Below are positions 9,669 to 20,532 of a stretch of 47,346 bases of DNA, piece after piece (the stretch's first letter is position 1; every line of letters starts with the position of its first letter). Location of the stretch: contig CAYMKT010000010.1 of NCBI GenBank assembly GCA_964391065.1, positions 1-47,346 of the forward strand. Direction: 5' to 3'. Source of the DNA: an uncultured Terrimonas sp. (GTDB lineage Bacteria > Bacteroidota > Bacteroidia > Chitinophagales > Chitinophagaceae). The position numbers and the translations under genes were made by a program. Under the pieces are notes generated by a model. That model did not search any database. It saw only the letters and a program-made list of their open reading frames with translations, and was not told the origin of the DNA.

Positions 9669-10847
9669 CTAGTTGATATTTTCAAATATCCCTGCTATTC
9701 CCTGCCCTCCGCCTACGCAGGCTGTTACAATACCATATTTTTTACCAAGCCGTTTCATATCGTTTGTGAGTTGTATGGTAAGTTTACAGCCTGTACAGCC
9801 TAAGGGGTGGCCAAGGGCAATAGCGCCTCCGTTTATGTTTACAATTTCAGGATTAATGTCCAGCTTCCTGATTACGGCAATCGCCTGTGAAGCAAAGGCC
9901 TCATTTAATTCAACGAGGTCAATATTATTCAATGACATGCCCGCCTGTTTCAATGCCTTCGGTACCGCCTCAATGGGTCCTACGCCCATAATCCGCGGAT
10001 GCACGCCGGCGGAAGCGCAAGCTACTAACCGGGCCCATGGTTTCAATCCTAACTCCTTCACCATATTTTCTCCCATCACAATTACAAAAGCGGCGCCATC
10101 GCTGGTCTGAGAAGAATTGCCCGCCGTTACTGTTCCCCCGGCAGCAAAAACCGGTTTTAATTTTGATAGCGCTTCAATTGAAGTATCCTTGCGGGGGCCT
10201 TCATCAGTATCCACAACATAGCTCCGGGTTTGCCTTTTTCCTTTATCATCCACATATATGTCTTCAACTGTTACGGGTAAAATACCGGTTTTAAAATAAC
10301 CATTCCGGATGGCATCAATAGCCTTGTGGTGAGAACGATAGGAAAAAGCATCCTGGTCTTCACGACTCACATTATACTCTTTGGCAACAGCCTCCGCCGT
10401 TAGTCCCATACTCAGGTAATAATCGGGCTCATCTTTTGCAATAGAATAAGCCGGAACCGTTTTCCATCCTGCAGTTGGTACAAGGCTCATACTTTCGGTA
10501 CCACCGGCAACAATACATTCTGCCATGCCCGTGCGTATTTTTGCCGTTGCAATAGCAATAGCTTCCAAACCCGAAGCGCAATAACGGTTAATCGTCATGC
10601 CCGGCACTTCAATACCCAATGCGCGGGCAGCGATGATCCTGCCAACCTGTAAGCCCTGTTCGGCCTCAGGAACGGCATTCCCCACAATCACATCATCAAC
10701 TCTTTTGGCATCCAATTGCGGTACCGAAGCCAATACAGCGTTTATCACCTCTATGGCCAGGTCGTCGGGTCTGGTAAAACGAAATCCTCCGCGTTTTGAC
10801 TTTCCTACGGCGGTGCGAAAACCCGCCACAATATATGCGTCCTGCAT
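9669..10847 (-). CDS. Acetyl-CoA C-acyltransferase (thiolase)
   Basis: NRYCASG, NEAFA, GGAIALGHPLG and CVGGGQG thiolase motifs. Confidence 0.95.
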   Translation of the reverse strand: MQDAYIVAGFRTAVGKSKRGGFRFTRPDDLAIEVINAVLASVPQLDAKRVDDVIVGNAVPEAEQGLQVGRIIAARALGIEVPGMTINRYCASGLEAIAIATAKIRTGMAECIVAGGTESMSLVPTAGWKTVPAYSIAKDEPDYYLSMGLTAEAVAKEYNVSREDQDAFSYRSHHKAIDAIRNGYFKTGILPVTVEDIYVDDKGKRQTRSYVVDTDEGPRKDTSIEALSKLKPVFAAGGTVTAGNSSQTSDGAAFVIVMGENMVKELGLKPWARLVACASAGVHPRIMGVGPIEAVPKALKQAGMSLNNIDLVELNEAFASQAIAVIRKLDINPEIVNINGGAIALGHPLGCTGCKLTIQLTNDMKRLGKKYGIVTACVGGGQGIAGIFENIN

Positions 10848-10954
10848 AATAAGATTTTTAGTTGTTTATGCAACTTTGTGTTTCAAAGATAAATGTTCCT
10901 TGTATGGATACCAAAATCCTGCACTCCGTTTCATTTATTAACTTCGCGCCGCTT

Positions 10955-12037
10955 ATGTATACATTTTTACGCCATATTTTGTTCCTTTTTCCGGCAGAGG
11001 GTGTGCATTATTTCTCCATGAACCTATTGAAAGGCATATGCAGTATCGGATGGATGCGGAAGCTTATCAAAGCGATTTATAAACCTGGCAATGCTGACCG
11101 TCTGACCACGACACTGCGTACGCGCTATTCGTCTCTTACGTTTTCAAACCCTGTAGGACTAGGGGCAGGGTTCGACAAAAATGCGAAGTATTTAAGGGAG
11201 CTGAAATGCCTGGGATTTGGGTTTGTAGAAATTGGAACAGTTACCCCAAAGCCGCAGGACGGAAATGATAAGCCAAGGTTATTTCGCCTGCCTAAAGATA
11301 AAGCGCTTATTAACAGGATGGGATTTAATAATGATGGCGCAATAGTGATTGCGGAAAGGTTGCGCGCATGGAAAGAAAGCCAGCCCGACAAGGGAGATAC
11401 GTTGCCATTGATTATTGGCGGTAATATTGGAAAGAATAAGTTAACGGCTAATGAGGATGCGTGGAAAGACTATGAGATATGTTTTACCACTTTGTTTGAT
11501 TGGGTGGATTATTTTGTGGTAAACGTGAGCTCTCCCAACACGCCTGGCTTGCGGGAATTGCAGGAAAAGGATTCACTGAGAAAAATATTATTGAACCTGC
11601 AAAGCATTAATGCAACCAAGCCTGTTCCTAAGCCCATACTGTTGAAAATTGCTCCCGACTTAAGCAAAGAACAAGTTAGTGATGTAGTATCCCTGGCAAA
11701 GGAAATACAGCTTGATGGCATTGTAGCTACCAATACCACTATTAGCAGGGATGGACTGCATACGGGCGATGTATTAGTAAATGACATTGGAGCCGGGGGA
11801 TTAAGCGGAAAACCCGTACAACAAAGATCAACGGAAATCGTACGGCAAATTACAGCCGAAACAAGCGGACTCGTACCGGTTATAGCCAGCGGAGGAATAT
11901 TTAACGGCGAAGATGCCGCAGAAAAAATGCAATCCGGTGCTGTATTGGTACAGGTTTGGACAGGCTTTATTTATGAAGGCCCCGGAATTGTAAAGAAAAT
12001 TTGCCGCTATTTATTGCCTGGAGACTTTGTTCGTTAA
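10955..12037 (+). CDS. pyrD: Quinone-dependent dihydroorotate dehydrogenase (start moved from 10862 to in-frame ATG 10955)
   Basis: GLGAGFDKN, GTVTPKPQDGN, INRMGFNN, NVSSPNTPGLR and GGLSG motifs; TAACTTCG -7 element at 10939-10946. Confidence 0.93.
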   Translation: MYTFLRHILFLFPAEGVHYFSMNLLKGICSIGWMRKLIKAIYKPGNADRLTTTLRTRYSSLTFSNPVGLGAGFDKNAKYLRELKCLGFGFVEIGTVTPKPQDGNDKPRLFRLPKDKALINRMGFNNDGAIVIAERLRAWKESQPDKGDTLPLIIGGNIGKNKLTANEDAWKDYEICFTTLFDWVDYFVVNVSSPNTPGLRELQEKDSLRKILLNLQSINATKPVPKPILLKIAPDLSKEQVSDVVSLAKEIQLDGIVATNTTISRDGLHTGDVLVNDIGAGGLSGKPVQQRSTEIVRQITAETSGLVPVIASGGIFNGEDAAEKMQSGAVLVQVWTGFIYEGPGIVKKICRYLLPGDFVR

Positions 12038-12166
12038 CGCAGATGCGTCCAGTGAACTTCTTTCCACTTCATCTTTTTGAAAATCTTTAAGTGCGTGTAA
12101 AACTACTATTGCGAAGATAACCAATAACAAAGTTATAACGCTTCCCGGAGCGGTTCTGCTTTTCAT
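12011..12166 (-). CDS. Small (51 aa) single-pass membrane protein MKSRTAPGSVITLLLVIFAIVVLHALKDFQKDEVERSSLDASALTNKVSRQ, absent from the supplied ORF track
   Basis: Translated by hand; A-rich leader with A at -3; TATCTTCG -7 element at 12241-12248 (minus); clear hydrophobic helix. Confidence 0.55.
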   Translation of the reverse strand: MKSRTAPGSVITLLLVIFAIVVLHALKDFQKDEVERSSLDASALTNKVSRQ

Positions 12167-12377
12167 GCTGTGTTGTTTTAAATCCTAAAAGGTCGGGGGG
12201 AAGCAATGGTTATTCAGAACCAGAATTGGAGATTATGCGACGAAGATAGTCAAAAATGAAACTTATCCAATTATATAAGCCATTTATTGAAAAAAAATTA
12301 TCAGCATAGCATTTATTAAACCCATGCCTTTCAGATCGGGGCATTTCGCGCAATACTCCCGAAAAACATTGAAATGG

Positions 12378-12899
12378 TTATGCGTTCCTGTATAATTCCA
12401 ATAACCCATCCGGCAAATCAACAAACACTTTCTTGTTTTTGTTATCCACCTTTAGCAATGTTTCCTGGTGCAATGGAATTAATATTTCTTTGCCCTCCAC
12501 TATAATTTTGCACAGCACCTGGTGCGGTTGTTCTATTACTTCATCTATTTCACCGATGTCTTCATCTTTATCGATTAGGTAATATCCTAATAATGAAATT
12601 GGAGCCGTTTTTGCGGTAAATTTTTCAAAATCCTTCTCCTCCATCCACACTTCCTTTTGAATTAACTTTAGGGCAGCCTCCCGGGAATGAATATCTTCCA
12701 ATGCAAGGTAAATTTCCTTTTCGCTCTTCATTCGTGAAGCCTGCACAAAATAAGGCAGGAACGAGGATTTATGATCTTCTAAAAAAATCGCACGGATTCC
12801 CTTAATCGCTGTTTTTTTGCCCAGGCTGTGCAATAATATCATTTCTCCCTGCACACCAAAAGCAGAAACGAGCTTTCCTATTTTATAATACTGGGGCAT
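12378..12899 (-). CDS. rimM: 16S rRNA processing protein RimM
   Basis: IGKLVSAFGVQGE N-terminus, GKEILIP and VDLPDGL C-terminal PRC motifs; downstream of rpsP. Confidence 0.93.
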   Translation of the reverse strand: MPQYYKIGKLVSAFGVQGEMILLHSLGKKTAIKGIRAIFLEDHKSSFLPYFVQASRMKSEKEIYLALEDIHSREAALKLIQKEVWMEEKDFEKFTAKTAPISLLGYYLIDKDEDIGEIDEVIEQPHQVLCKIIVEGKEILIPLHQETLLKVDNKNKKVFVDLPDGLLELYRNA

Positions 12900-12954
12900 T
12901 GCTTTAATCTAATTTTCCGGGATATTTCAACACAACGGATGATGGGCTAAAATC

Positions 12955-12983
12955 AAAAAAAAGCCCTGCAGTGATGCAAGGCT
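12955..12983 (-). terminator. Intrinsic terminator between rpsP and rimM
   Basis: Minus strand reads AGCCTTGCA-tcac-TGCAGGGCT followed by a T run. Confidence 0.75.
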
Positions 12984-13011
12984 ATTAAATTCAGTTGAAG
13001 AAACTTTATAC

Positions 13012-13446
13012 TCAGTTACCTTCTTCTTCTTTTTGTTCAGCTTTTCTTGGGGCAATGGGTCTTCTGGGCCTTCTTGCCTTAGCTGCTTCGTCCTGCTTTT
13101 GTCTGATGCTGCCTTCATGTTCTTCGTGCCATTGCTGGAACTTTCCCATTGCAGTAGCTTCATCAAATAAGCCCAAACTAACGCCGCGCAACAAATGTTT
13201 GAGATACAAAACTCCTTTGTACGACAAAATCCGGCGAACGGTGTCTGTTGGCTGAGCTCCTTTCTGTAACCAGTCCAGTGCTTTTTGTCTGTCTAATTGA
13301 ACAGCGGTAGGTTGGCCCAATGGATTATAGGTACCGATCTTCTGGATGAATTTACCATCCCTTGGCGCACGGGCATCGGCTACCACTATAAAATAGAAGG
13401 GTCTCTTCTTGCTCCCGTGACGTTGTAGTCTGATTTTAACAGCCAT
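13012..13446 (-). CDS. rpsP: 30S ribosomal protein S16 with C-terminal extension
   Basis: [34 protein letters not shown]...GAQPTDTV. Confidence 0.98.
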   Translation of the reverse strand: MAVKIRLQRHGSKKRPFYFIVVADARAPRDGKFIQKIGTYNPLGQPTAVQLDRQKALDWLQKGAQPTDTVRRILSYKGVLYLKHLLRGVSLGLFDEATAMGKFQQWHEEHEGSIRQKQDEAAKARRPRRPIAPRKAEQKEEEGN

Positions 13447-13548
13447 AAAAAATAAACATTTTAAATGGGTGATGCATTATGGTTTCTTTCTAAGGTTTGC
13501 GAAGATAATGCTTGCAAACTATTTCCCAAAAATTAAAAATACAAAAAA

Positions 13549-14868
13549 TCATCGTTTCCCCAAACCCATTCTTCCCATCGGCATCTTATTCATTGTTTTC
13601 ATCATTTGTTTCATTTGTTCAAACTGCTTCATAAACTGGCTTACCTCTGTAAGGTCTTTACCGGCGCCTTTGGCAATTCGTGCCCGTCGCCCGGGGTTTA
13701 TTACATCCGGGTTCGCTCTCTCAAAAGGAGTCATGGAGTTAATGATGGCTTCTATCCCTTTAAATGAGTCGTCGCTAACGTCAACATCTTTAATGGCCTT
13801 ACCCATTCCGGGTATCATCCCCATCAAATCTTTAATATTCCCCATTTTCTTAATCTGCTGTAATTGATCTAAAAAGTCCTGGAAATCAAATTGGTTCTTC
13901 CGCATTTTCTTTTGGAGCTTAGCAGCCTGCACCTCGTCAAACTGCGCCTGGGCTTTCTCTACCAAAGTAGTAATATCACCCATTCCCAGAATGCGCTGCG
14001 CCATCCTTTCGGGATAAAACACATCCAGCGTATCTAATTTCTCTCCACTGCTTACGAACTTTATAGGTTTCTTTACGGTGTATTTAATAGATAACGCAGC
14101 GCCACCGCGTGTATCTCCATCTAACTTGGTAAGCACCACGCCACTAAAATCAAGCCTTTCGTTAAATGTTTTTGCGGTATTTACTGCATCCTGACCAGTC
14201 ATGGCGTCCACCACAAAAAGAATTTCCTGGGGATAAACGGCATTTTTTATTTGCTCCACTTCCTGCATCATAGCTTCATCCACTGCCAAACGCCCGGCAG
14301 TATCTATAATAACAATATTCTTATTCTTACTCCGCGCTTCTTTTACAGCGTTTTGCGCAATAGATACCGCGTTTTTATTCTCCGGCTCACTATACACATC
14401 TACGCCAACCTGTGCACCCAAAATATTCAATTGATCAATTGCTGCAGGGCGATAGATATCGGCAGCAACCAAAAGTGGAGATTTCCCTTTTTTTGTCTTA
14501 AGATAATTCGCCAGCTTACCACTAAATGTGGTTTTACCGCTACCCTGCAATCCGGCAATCAAAATAACGGCAGGATTACCGGTAATATGAAATTCACTTT
14601 CAGCGCCGCCCATTAATTCTGCCAGCTCATCTTTGACGATCTTAATCATCAACTGGCCGGGACTAACAGCAGTAAGCACCTTTTCTCCAAGCGCTTTGGT
14701 TTTAACCGTATCAGTAAATTCTTTGGCTATTTTGTAGTTTACGTCCGCATCAACCAGGGCCCGGCGTATGTCCTTTACCGTATTGGCTATGTTTAGTTCA
14801 TTAATTCTACCTTCTCCTTTAATTTGCTTAAAGGCTGAGTCTAACCGCTCGGACAATGATTCGAACAT
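13549..14868 (-). CDS. ffh: Signal recognition particle protein
   Basis: GLQGSGKTT, DTAGRL and TKLDGDTRGGAALS motifs; Met-rich M domain. Confidence 0.98.
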   Translation of the reverse strand: MFESLSERLDSAFKQIKGEGRINELNIANTVKDIRRALVDADVNYKIAKEFTDTVKTKALGEKVLTAVSPGQLMIKIVKDELAELMGGAESEFHITGNPAVILIAGLQGSGKTTFSGKLANYLKTKKGKSPLLVAADIYRPAAIDQLNILGAQVGVDVYSEPENKNAVSIAQNAVKEARSKNKNIVIIDTAGRLAVDEAMMQEVEQIKNAVYPQEILFVVDAMTGQDAVNTAKTFNERLDFSGVVLTKLDGDTRGGAALSIKYTVKKPIKFVSSGEKLDTLDVFYPERMAQRILGMGDITTLVEKAQAQFDEVQAAKLQKKMRKNQFDFQDFLDQLQQIKKMGNIKDLMGMIPGMGKAIKDVDVSDDSFKGIEAIINSMTPFERANPDVINPGRRARIAKGAGKDLTEVSQFMKQFEQMKQMMKTMNKMPMGRMGLGKR

Positions 14869-15017
14869 ACAAGTGTTTATTTAGTCTATTCTTAAAGAAA
14901 GTAATCATGCAATTATTGCCATGATTGGGTTACCGATTATACAACATAAAAAAAGTGAACAAATTAAAATGTTCACTTGTAATACCGCTGCAAAGTTACG
15001 TAAAAGGTGGAGTAGAA

Positions 15018-15893
15018 TTATGTGCCTAAATAAGTTTTTAAAAGTTTGCACCTCGAAGTTGTTCTGAGCTTGGTAATAGCCTTATCCTTTATTTGGCGAA
15101 CCCTTTCCCGCGTAAGGTTGAACCTTTCCCCAATATCCTCGAGGCTCATGGGGTTGTCAAACCCGATTCCAAAGAAGAAGCGTATAACATCCTGCTGGCG
15201 GTCGGTTAAGGCATGTAAAGATCGCTCAATTTCCTTTTTTAAGGATTCATGATGGATAATTTTCGAATCAACGCTGTCCGCATTAGGATTCTCCATCACA
15301 TCAACCAACGTACTGTCCTCCCCATCCGACAATGGCGTATCCATGCTAACATGTCTTGCAGCTACGCCCAGCGTTGCAGCTATTTCTTCCGTATCTATTT
15401 CGAGCATTTCGGCCAGTTCTTCTGCCGAGGGTTCCCGTTCGTATTCCTGCTCTAATTGTTGAAAAGCCTTGTTAATGCGGTTGGTAAGTCCCACTTTATT
15501 AAGGGGTAAGCGAACGATACGCGATTGTTCGGCTAATGCCTGCAGGATGCTCTGGCGTATCCACCAAACGGCGTAAGAGATAAATTTAAATCCTCTTGTT
15601 TCATCAAAGCGTTGTGCAGCCTTAATTAATCCAAGATTCCCCTCGTTAATGAGGTCAGGAAGCGACAGCCCCTGATTTTGATATTGTTTTGCTACGGAAA
15701 CCACAAAACGTAAGTTAGCCTTCGTAAGCCTGTCAAGCGCTTTCTGATCTCCTTGCTTAATAAGTCCGGCAAGCTTTACTTCCTCTTCGGGGCCGATCAA
15801 TTCAACCCTTCCTATCTCCTGCAGATACTTCTCCAGGCTTTGCGACTCACGATTAGTAATCGACTTCGTGATTTTAAGTTGACGCATACTCAT
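15018..15893 (-). CDS. rpoD: RNA polymerase primary sigma factor (short Bacteroidota RpoD/SigA type)
   Basis: [43 protein letters not shown] and [10 protein letters not shown]; region 1.1 absent. Confidence 0.92.
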   Translation of the reverse strand: MSMRQLKITKSITNRESQSLEKYLQEIGRVELIGPEEEVKLAGLIKQGDQKALDRLTKANLRFVVSVAKQYQNQGLSLPDLINEGNLGLIKAAQRFDETRGFKFISYAVWWIRQSILQALAEQSRIVRLPLNKVGLTNRINKAFQQLEQEYEREPSAEELAEMLEIDTEEIAATLGVAARHVSMDTPLSDGEDSTLVDVMENPNADSVDSKIIHHESLKKEIERSLHALTDRQQDVIRFFFGIGFDNPMSLEDIGERFNLTRERVRQIKDKAITKLRTTSRCKLLKTYLGT

Positions 15894-16193
15894 AAGCAGG
15901 CATATTTAAGAGGTTTATAAGAAATCACATAAATACAGATTTTATAAAACGTTGGCAACCATAACATATTGCGCTTCTTTAGCAATTTAAGCAAATAGCA
16001 GGTACCAGAAAAAAATATTATTGACCAATGGTAGATACTTCACCGGTTAAAATAAACAGGGCTGGCATTCTGTTACCCCCCGTTTATTTAAAAATATTAT
16101 ATAAAAAACTTTGATGCTTCTATTATTTTTATATTATTGCAGGGCTTTATATAAAACGAAGAGCAATATGAATTTTGACTAATAGACTGACAA

Positions 16194-16574
16194 ATGAGTA
16201 AAAAGCAACTATATACATTAGAATATCCGGTTAGATGCTCCCCCTCTATATTATATGAATTTCTTTCGACCCCCGCAGGACTCCAGGAATGGTTTGCAGA
16301 CAAAGTTGATGAAAGGGATATGGTATTCAGTTTTACATGGAACGATTCTACCGATAAAGCCGAGGTGCTGGAAGGGGAAGAGAATAAATTCATTCGCTTT
16401 CACTGGAGCCATGCTCCAAAGGAAGAATACTTTGAATTTGGTATTGAAAAATCAGAAGTTACCAATCAGACTATATTAGTAATTAAAGATTTTGCCGAAA
16501 AAAAGGAAATTTCAGACCAAAGCCGGCTTTGGGACTACCAGGTAAAGGAGTTATTTCACCGGTTAGGGGCATAG
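16194..16574 (+). CDS. START/SRPBCC-like domain protein (conserved in Bacteroidota)
   Basis: LEYPVRCSPSILYEFLSTPAGLQEWFADKV pattern; 126 aa. Confidence 0.75.
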   Translation: MSKKQLYTLEYPVRCSPSILYEFLSTPAGLQEWFADKVDERDMVFSFTWNDSTDKAEVLEGEENKFIRFHWSHAPKEEYFEFGIEKSEVTNQTILVIKDFAEKKEISDQSRLWDYQVKELFHRLGA

Positions 16575-16582
16575 TACCCTTT

Positions 16583-17185
16583 TTAGCGCTCAAGGGCGTG
16601 CATGATGCTGAAAAAGGAACCTCGCCATAGCTGATCAGCCTTCTCCCATTGTAGCAGGGGGAAATAGTATGCGATTTTAATAAAGGGCTTTTCTTCAAAA
16701 ATTGTTTTCACGTCATTTTGATCCATTCCGGCGATAGCCCGGTGCGTGTCTGAAGAATGGTGATGTTGCCATTCATTGTCGGATACCTGGACATACCAAC
16801 CAGGCTGTTTTAATTTCTCCAGGTTTTTGATCAGCATACCCCCGAAAAGCGTTTTGTATTTCCCTTTAAGATGAAGGGTAAGGCTAAAGTCGTTTCCCCA
16901 CCAAAACATCGTTCGCACAGCAAAAATATCATGCTTTGTAAAATATTTCGGATAATCCAGAATTACATAAGGCAGCCCGCAATAGTTTTCACCTTTCGAA
17001 ATTTTTGAGTGTGGTGGTATTTCAAGCTGATGCAAAACATGACCATATTCGATGCTGTAAGCATCCAATAGGGACTCAAAGAAGAGTGAAATCTTTTTAA
17101 TGATCCGGGTCTTTGTTAAAATGATGCGCTCATCGGCGACGAGGCGCAGTTCATCTGGCAAAAACTGTATTTTTGTGTGGTTCAT
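16583..17185 (-). CDS. Conserved hypothetical protein
   Basis: 200-aa ORF with conserved-looking KISKGENYxGLPYVILDYP and RTMFWWGN blocks; fills the gap between neighbours. Confidence 0.75.
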   Translation of the reverse strand: MNHTKIQFLPDELRLVADERIILTKTRIIKKISLFFESLLDAYSIEYGHVLHQLEIPPHSKISKGENYCGLPYVILDYPKYFTKHDIFAVRTMFWWGNDFSLTLHLKGKYKTLFGGMLIKNLEKLKQPGWYVQVSDNEWQHHHSSDTHRAIAGMDQNDVKTIFEEKPFIKIAYYFPLLQWEKADQLWRGSFFSIMHALER

Positions 17186-17227
17186 GAAATAAAGTTATAG
17201 CAGTACAAAACAGTAAGTGCAAAAACA

Positions 17228-18778
17228 GTGATTAAAAAATTAGACACCCTTGTTGTTAAAGCCTTTGTAGGTCCATTTGTTGTTACTTTTTTTATTACCC
17301 TGTTTGTTCTTGTACTCCAATTTTTCTGGAAATATATTGACGACCTGGTGGGGAAAGGGCTTGATTCCATTACTATTTTACGTTTAACCAGTTACGTTAC
17401 TGCCACGGCTGTTCCCCTGGCATTACCTCTTGCGGTATTGATCTCTTCCATTATGACATTCGGAAAACTGGGAGAAAGTTTTGAAACGGTAGCCATAAAA
17501 TCGGCCGGCATACCGCTGCTTCGTTTTATGCGGCCTTTGTTTATCATTTCCTTCCTTATCTCTGTGGTGGCGTTTTTATTTTCCAACTATATCATTCCCG
17601 TTGCTCAATTAAAGTTTCAGACCTTATTGTACGACATCACCGTGGCAAAACCTGCGTTCAACCTTAAGGAAGGCGTATTCTTCAGAGAATTTGAAGGCTA
17701 TACAATAAAAATTGGCAGGAAGGATAAAGACAACACTACAATCCATAATATCATCATTTTTGAAAGAAATTATAACCTTCAGGACAATATTATTATTGCC
17801 GAGCATGGTAAAATGAACATCAGCGCCGATAAAAAATTTCTTGAATTTTACCTGGAGAATGGATGGCGGTATGAAGAAAGGGGGCCATCATACAGTACCA
17901 ATACGGATTATATCAGGCTGGGGTTTAAAGATTATAAAAAAGTATTTGATCTGAGTTCTTTTAAAATGATGCCTACTCCAGACAGTCTTTTTAAAGATAA
18001 TTTCAGAATGCTGAATGTCCGGCAATTGAATAAAACCATTGATTCGCTTGAAAAAACGTCTGGAAGTGATTTGAGAAAAAGAACAGACCGGGAGATAGGA
18101 ATGAACTACGCTTTTGCCCGACAGGAGATCAAACCTGCAAAAGAACAGATTGTAGTCCCAAAAGCCACTCCCTCTGATATCAAACCTTATGAATCCATCA
18201 AACTAGTGCCACCTAAGGAACCCCGGTATAACCCTAACAACAATAGTGTTATGCTGGCATTCCCTCCTTCGCCAGGCCAATTTGCATACACCATGTTAAT
18301 ACCCGATTCTGCCCGGCGGGGAGTGATCAGCCACACTATTGATAAAATCAACAGTCAGAAAAACAGTCTTGCCATAATAGCGGAAGAAGCCCGTATGAAG
18401 CAAAAAAACCTTCGTCTTCACCAAATAGAATGGCATAGAAAATTTTCACTATCCCTGGCCTGTGTTGTGCTTTTTTTAATAGGGGCGCCATTAGGTTCTA
18501 TCATCAGAAAGGGAGGTATGGGAATGCCCCTGGTAATAGCCGTCATCTTCTTTCTGATCTTCCACTTACTTAACATGTTTGGTGAAAAGTTTGTCCGGGA
18601 AGATATCACTTCCGCCTTTCTGGGTATGTGGCTTTCTACATTGGTATTGCTTCCCATAGGAATATTTTTTACCTATAAAGCCATGCGCGATTCACAATTA
18701 TTCAATAAGGAATTTTATTATCGATTTTTCAAAAGCATTCAAAAGCTTGTGAAACAAATAAAATTGGTAAAGTCCTGA
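17228..18778 (+). CDS. LptF/LptG family LPS export permease
   Basis: 3 TM + periplasmic domain + 3 TM; PLALPLAVLISSIMTFGKLGESFE, AIKSAGI and GAPLGSIIRKGG motifs. Confidence 0.9.
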   Translation: MIKKLDTLVVKAFVGPFVVTFFITLFVLVLQFFWKYIDDLVGKGLDSITILRLTSYVTATAVPLALPLAVLISSIMTFGKLGESFETVAIKSAGIPLLRFMRPLFIISFLISVVAFLFSNYIIPVAQLKFQTLLYDITVAKPAFNLKEGVFFREFEGYTIKIGRKDKDNTTIHNIIIFERNYNLQDNIIIAEHGKMNISADKKFLEFYLENGWRYEERGPSYSTNTDYIRLGFKDYKKVFDLSSFKMMPTPDSLFKDNFRMLNVRQLNKTIDSLEKTSGSDLRKRTDREIGMNYAFARQEIKPAKEQIVVPKATPSDIKPYESIKLVPPKEPRYNPNNNSVMLAFPPSPGQFAYTMLIPDSARRGVISHTIDKINSQKNSLAIIAEEARMKQKNLRLHQIEWHRKFSLSLACVVLFLIGAPLGSIIRKGGMGMPLVIAVIFFLIFHLLNMFGEKFVREDITSAFLGMWLSTLVLLPIGIFFTYKAMRDSQLFNKEFYYRFFKSIQKLVKQIKLVKS

Positions 18779-18927
18779 GGCGATTTTGATTTACCTTTAT
18801 CAGGCCCGTGCAAAAAGTTCAACGTTAATGTGAATTGGTGCGATAAGCGTTAAAGGGAAGATATAACGCACCATACGAGGTATAGATCGGGATTTATTTC
18901 TGTTTTAAACATCGCCATACCATAGAA

Positions 18928-19443
18928 ATGACCAACTGGAAAATAATTGGCTTTTTTTTTGCCGGCACCATATTATTTCTACTACTGCTTCAACTACAGG
19001 GAAGACAGCTTATTACTGCTGCATCACCTTTTGGAATTCTATCTTTGGAATTCAGCAATACTCATTCGCAAACACAATCCATTGCTGATGCCTGGAATAA
19101 TTCACTGCGAGGTTCATTCCGGCTAAATATGCTTCTTGATTTTTTGTTTATCCCCTTTTACGGATTGTTTCTGTACTCGGCATGCGGCTATTTTTCCATC
19201 CATTACCAAACAGGCAAAGGACAAAGGTTAGGCGTATTACTGGCCTTTGGAAGTTTACTGGCGATGGCTTTTGATGTTATAGAAAACATTCTGATGACTT
19301 TGTCTGTTCACTTTTTCGTTACAACAATTACATCAATGTTAACGGCCGTTATGGCAGCTACGAAGTTTGTGTTAATTGGCTTTGCCATATTGTATATCCT
19401 TTCTTCGGCCGTAATTACACTGTTCCGTAAACCTGCCAATTAG
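18928..19443 (+). CDS. Hypothetical integral membrane protein (~4 TM)
   Basis: Hydrophobic segments; GILSLEF, LDFLFIPFY and FDVIEN blocks. Confidence 0.75.
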   Translation: MTNWKIIGFFFAGTILFLLLLQLQGRQLITAASPFGILSLEFSNTHSQTQSIADAWNNSLRGSFRLNMLLDFLFIPFYGLFLYSACGYFSIHYQTGKGQRLGVLLAFGSLLAMAFDVIENILMTLSVHFFVTTITSMLTAVMAATKFVLIGFAILYILSSAVITLFRKPAN

Positions 19444-19648
19444 CATGGCTGTTAATTGGCTCAGCCTTTGCTGGAACCTTCCAATACGGTTGGACCAACA
19501 AAGGCTGATATATGACTTGCAATACAGTTGCAAAGATACAGTCCTGAACTTCACCCGGGTAAAGTTGATCTTAAAGAAATGCAAAAGTATTTCGGCTGCA
19601 CGCACCTGAAAAATAAACCGGCATGCATTAGCAACCTGCTGCTATAGT

Positions 19649-20320
19649 TTATTTAGCCCCGGCACTTTGCAACATTTCCCCGATTTCAACGAAACCCCTG
19701 TTTTGAGCGTGTTTCAATGGCGTAACACCGTCTTTATCCGCTATATTTACATCTGCTCCACCTGCTATGAGCATTTTTATCACAGTTTGGTGGCCGGTTC
19801 CCCCACTACCTAAAATAATTGCCTCCAGTAATGCTGTCCAACCCAATAGGTTGATATGGTTTACAGGAAATGTTTTATCCTTTAACAAAACCTCAATTAC
19901 CGGCAGGTGGGCTCTTTCACAGGCAGGAATTAACGCTGTTCCGCCATAGCGGTTAAAAACGCTATAATCGGGTTTAGCCATCATGCACATTTTCAAAATT
20001 TCTGTATACCCTTCAGCGCCGGCGTATAAAAAAGCTGTGTTCAATCTTTTATCCTGTGCGTTAACATTGCTGCCGGCTGCAATGAGCATCCTTGCCGCAT
20101 CTATATTATTTTTATAAACTGCTATCATTAACGGGGTTCTACCCTGGTCATCTCTTACTTCGAGGTCGTCCTTACTGGTAATAGCATCCTGCAATTTCAC
20201 CAGGTCGCCTTGTTCAACCGATTCCAATATTCTCTTTTCATTCATTTTAGAGGAATTGCTTTTTTGAGCACACGCTGGTATTGCCATCCATAACACGCAA
20301 AACAATATAACCAGTCGCAT
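19649..20320 (-). CDS. Exported ankyrin-repeat protein
   Basis: Signal peptide; GRTPLMIA, GWTALLEA and GVTPLKHA ankyrin cores. Confidence 0.9.
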   Translation of the reverse strand: MRLVILFCVLWMAIPACAQKSNSSKMNEKRILESVEQGDLVKLQDAITSKDDLEVRDDQGRTPLMIAVYKNNIDAARMLIAAGSNVNAQDKRLNTAFLYAGAEGYTEILKMCMMAKPDYSVFNRYGGTALIPACERAHLPVIEVLLKDKTFPVNHINLLGWTALLEAIILGSGGTGHQTVIKMLIAGGADVNIADKDGVTPLKHAQNRGFVEIGEMLQSAGAK

Positions 20321-20532
20321 AAATGAGAATCATTTTATTATTCCATGTCTAACTTAATCCTTACAATGCAATTAGCCAAAATTCAATATTTTGCAACTGG
20401 CCTTATATAGTTCAAATTAGCAAAAGCCGCGATGCTGAACAATAACGCATAGGGCAAACCTCATGCAAAAAGCAATTCAACTGCAAAAGCTTAATTTCGT
20501 TACCCATATTCCTCACCAGAAAATAAAAAATT

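Noticed and set aside
19445..19609. 54-codon ORF starting right after the membrane-protein stop codon
   Set aside because: No motif, no initiation context and atypical composition
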